Of a stretch of DNA of 64,000 nucleotides, positions 63,076-64,000 are shown in pieces. Below the pieces are notes generated by a model. It had not been told where the DNA came from and did not search any database. It saw nothing but the letters and a program-made list of their open reading frames with translations. Positions within the stretch are counted from its first letter, which is position 1. Every line of letters starts with the position of its first letter. Position numbers and translations under genes: made by a program. This DNA is from a virus: IMG/VR virus record IMGVR_UViG_3300045988_042432. The stretch is one strand, 5' to 3'.

Positions 63076-63103
63076 AAGCTGGATTAACTGAAGAATTTTA
63101 CTA

Positions 63104-63658
63104 ATGAAGAATTATCCTATTACAATTGAAACAGGTGAACATGCTGGGGAGACAGTCTGGGTTCACCGTAGTATAGCCGTTGCAGGATTTATATTTTGTA
63201 AAATTAACGATGAATGGTGTGTTCTTGCTAATCAAAGAGGTGAAGGAGCACCAGACTTTCAAGGATATTGGAACTGTCCTTGCGGCTATTTGGACTTTGA
63301 TGAGACATTAGCAGAAGCTTGCTCTAGGGAAATCTACGAGGAAACTGGAGTTAAGATTGAACCTAGTGCTCTTTATATGTGTAGCGTTAACGATGACCCG
63401 AAAGACTCTAACAGACAGAATGTTACTATGAGGTTCATGGCTGTAGTAGACGAGAGTCATATTGGAATTTCTACTAATGCTATCAAAGGACAGCTAGGCG
63501 GAGAGGAGAATGAGGTAAAGGCTATCATGTGGGTTAAAATATCTGACCTTGATAATTACCAGTGGGCGTTTAATCATAGACATCTCATTGAAGGCATCTT
63601 TTATACTTATGTAGATTATGAAGAAGTAGAAGGTTTAGACGATTTATTTGCTGAATGA
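63104..63658 (+). CDS. Nudix hydrolase
   Basis: Nudix box GYLDFDETLAEACSREIYEETGV. Confidence 0.85.
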   Translation: MKNYPITIETGEHAGETVWVHRSIAVAGFIFCKINDEWCVLANQRGEGAPDFQGYWNCPCGYLDFDETLAEACSREIYEETGVKIEPSALYMCSVNDDPKDSNRQNVTMRFMAVVDESHIGISTNAIKGQLGGEENEVKAIMWVKISDLDNYQWAFNHRHLIEGIFYTYVDYEEVEGLDDLFAE

Positions 63659-64000
63659 CATACTTCATTAGTGGACACAGAGACATAACTCCTGAAGAAT
63701 TTGAGAAGTTCTACGTTCCAGCAATTGTTGATGTGATAGATACATGCAACGATAATTACGATGACTGTGAATTTGTAGTCGGAGATTGTAGGGGTTGTGA
63801 TGAAATGGCAGCTAATTTCATAGCAAACTACATTAAGGAGAATACAGATGATACAGAGTGTCCTCCATGTATTTTGTGCATTTATCATATGTTCTCTGAA
63901 CCTAGGTTTAGAGTAGGCGTAGCTGGACAAGACGGTTGTTATCATGTTGACATGGTAGATGAGCTCAATGCAGACTTATGCGAGGATGATGACCCATATA
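63655..64000 (+). CDS. hypothetical protein, 3'-truncated by window edge (possible SLOG/DUF2493-like)
   Basis: ATGA overlap with the Nudix stop. Frame is open to the window end. MTYFISGHRD...VVGDCRGCDEMAANF. Confidence 0.55.
   Translation, partial: MTYFISGHRDITPEEFEKFYVPAIVDVIDTCNDNYDDCEFVVGDCRGCDEMAANFIANYIKENTDDTECPPCILCIYHMFSEPRFRVGVAGQDGCYHVDMVDELNADLCEDDDPY

Noticed and set aside
1-64000. CRISPR arrays, integrase/repressor lysogeny modules, rRNA genes, transposases.
   Set aside because: No regularly spaced direct repeats were found. No tyrosine or serine recombinase motifs were found. No rRNA-like conserved stretches were found. The only mobile elements supported are homing-endonuclease genes and one group I intron.

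Overview
This window looks like a contiguous early/middle (replication and host-takeover) region of a large virulent tailed dsDNA phage. Every supported gene is on the + strand and genes are packed tightly, often with ATGA/TAATG stop-start overlaps. I saw no structural, lysogeny, rRNA or CRISPR features. Six intergenic sites match the Bacteroidota sigma-A promoter consensus TTTG-N19-20-TAnnTTTG, so the host is probably a member of the Bacteroidota (inference).

Recognisable content:
- **Replisome and recombination:** family A DNA polymerase, DnaB-like helicase, Toprim primase, SF2 and Dda-like helicases, ATP-dependent DNA ligase, RNase H, a putative SSB, and PD-(D/E)XK nucleases.
- **Nucleotide metabolism:** an intron-split anaerobic RNR gene (nrdD) plus nrdG, thyX, dut and a 5'(3')-deoxyribonucleotidase.
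- **tRNAs:** five canonical tRNAs, one tRNA-like gene with an 18-nt anticodon loop, and one class-II tRNA gene split by an HNH + tRNA-Leu cassette.
- **Homing endonucleases:** four genes (two HNH, one GIY-YIG, one Zn-ribbon-repeat PD-(D/E)XK).
- **RNA repair set:** RNA ligase, a short CCA-adding enzyme and Pnk.
- **NAD+ block:** pncA, pncB, nadE and nadD plus a Nudix gene.

Most interesting leads:
1. The complete nicotinamide-to-NAD+ pathway, together with a DUF2829/Tad2-like gene, as a candidate counter-defence arsenal.
2. A CAG-TGA-CAG in-frame stop inside the Pnk P-loop. Skipping those 6 nt restores a perfect Walker A motif.
3. The nested HNH + tRNA cassette inside a tRNA gene.
4. 106-nt stem-closed domains that each end exactly 4 nt upstream of a tRNA.
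5. A three-member paralog family, two members of which bracket a 670-aa Cys-cluster/DUF2135-like protein.

All functional calls come from motif reading by eye. No database search was run.
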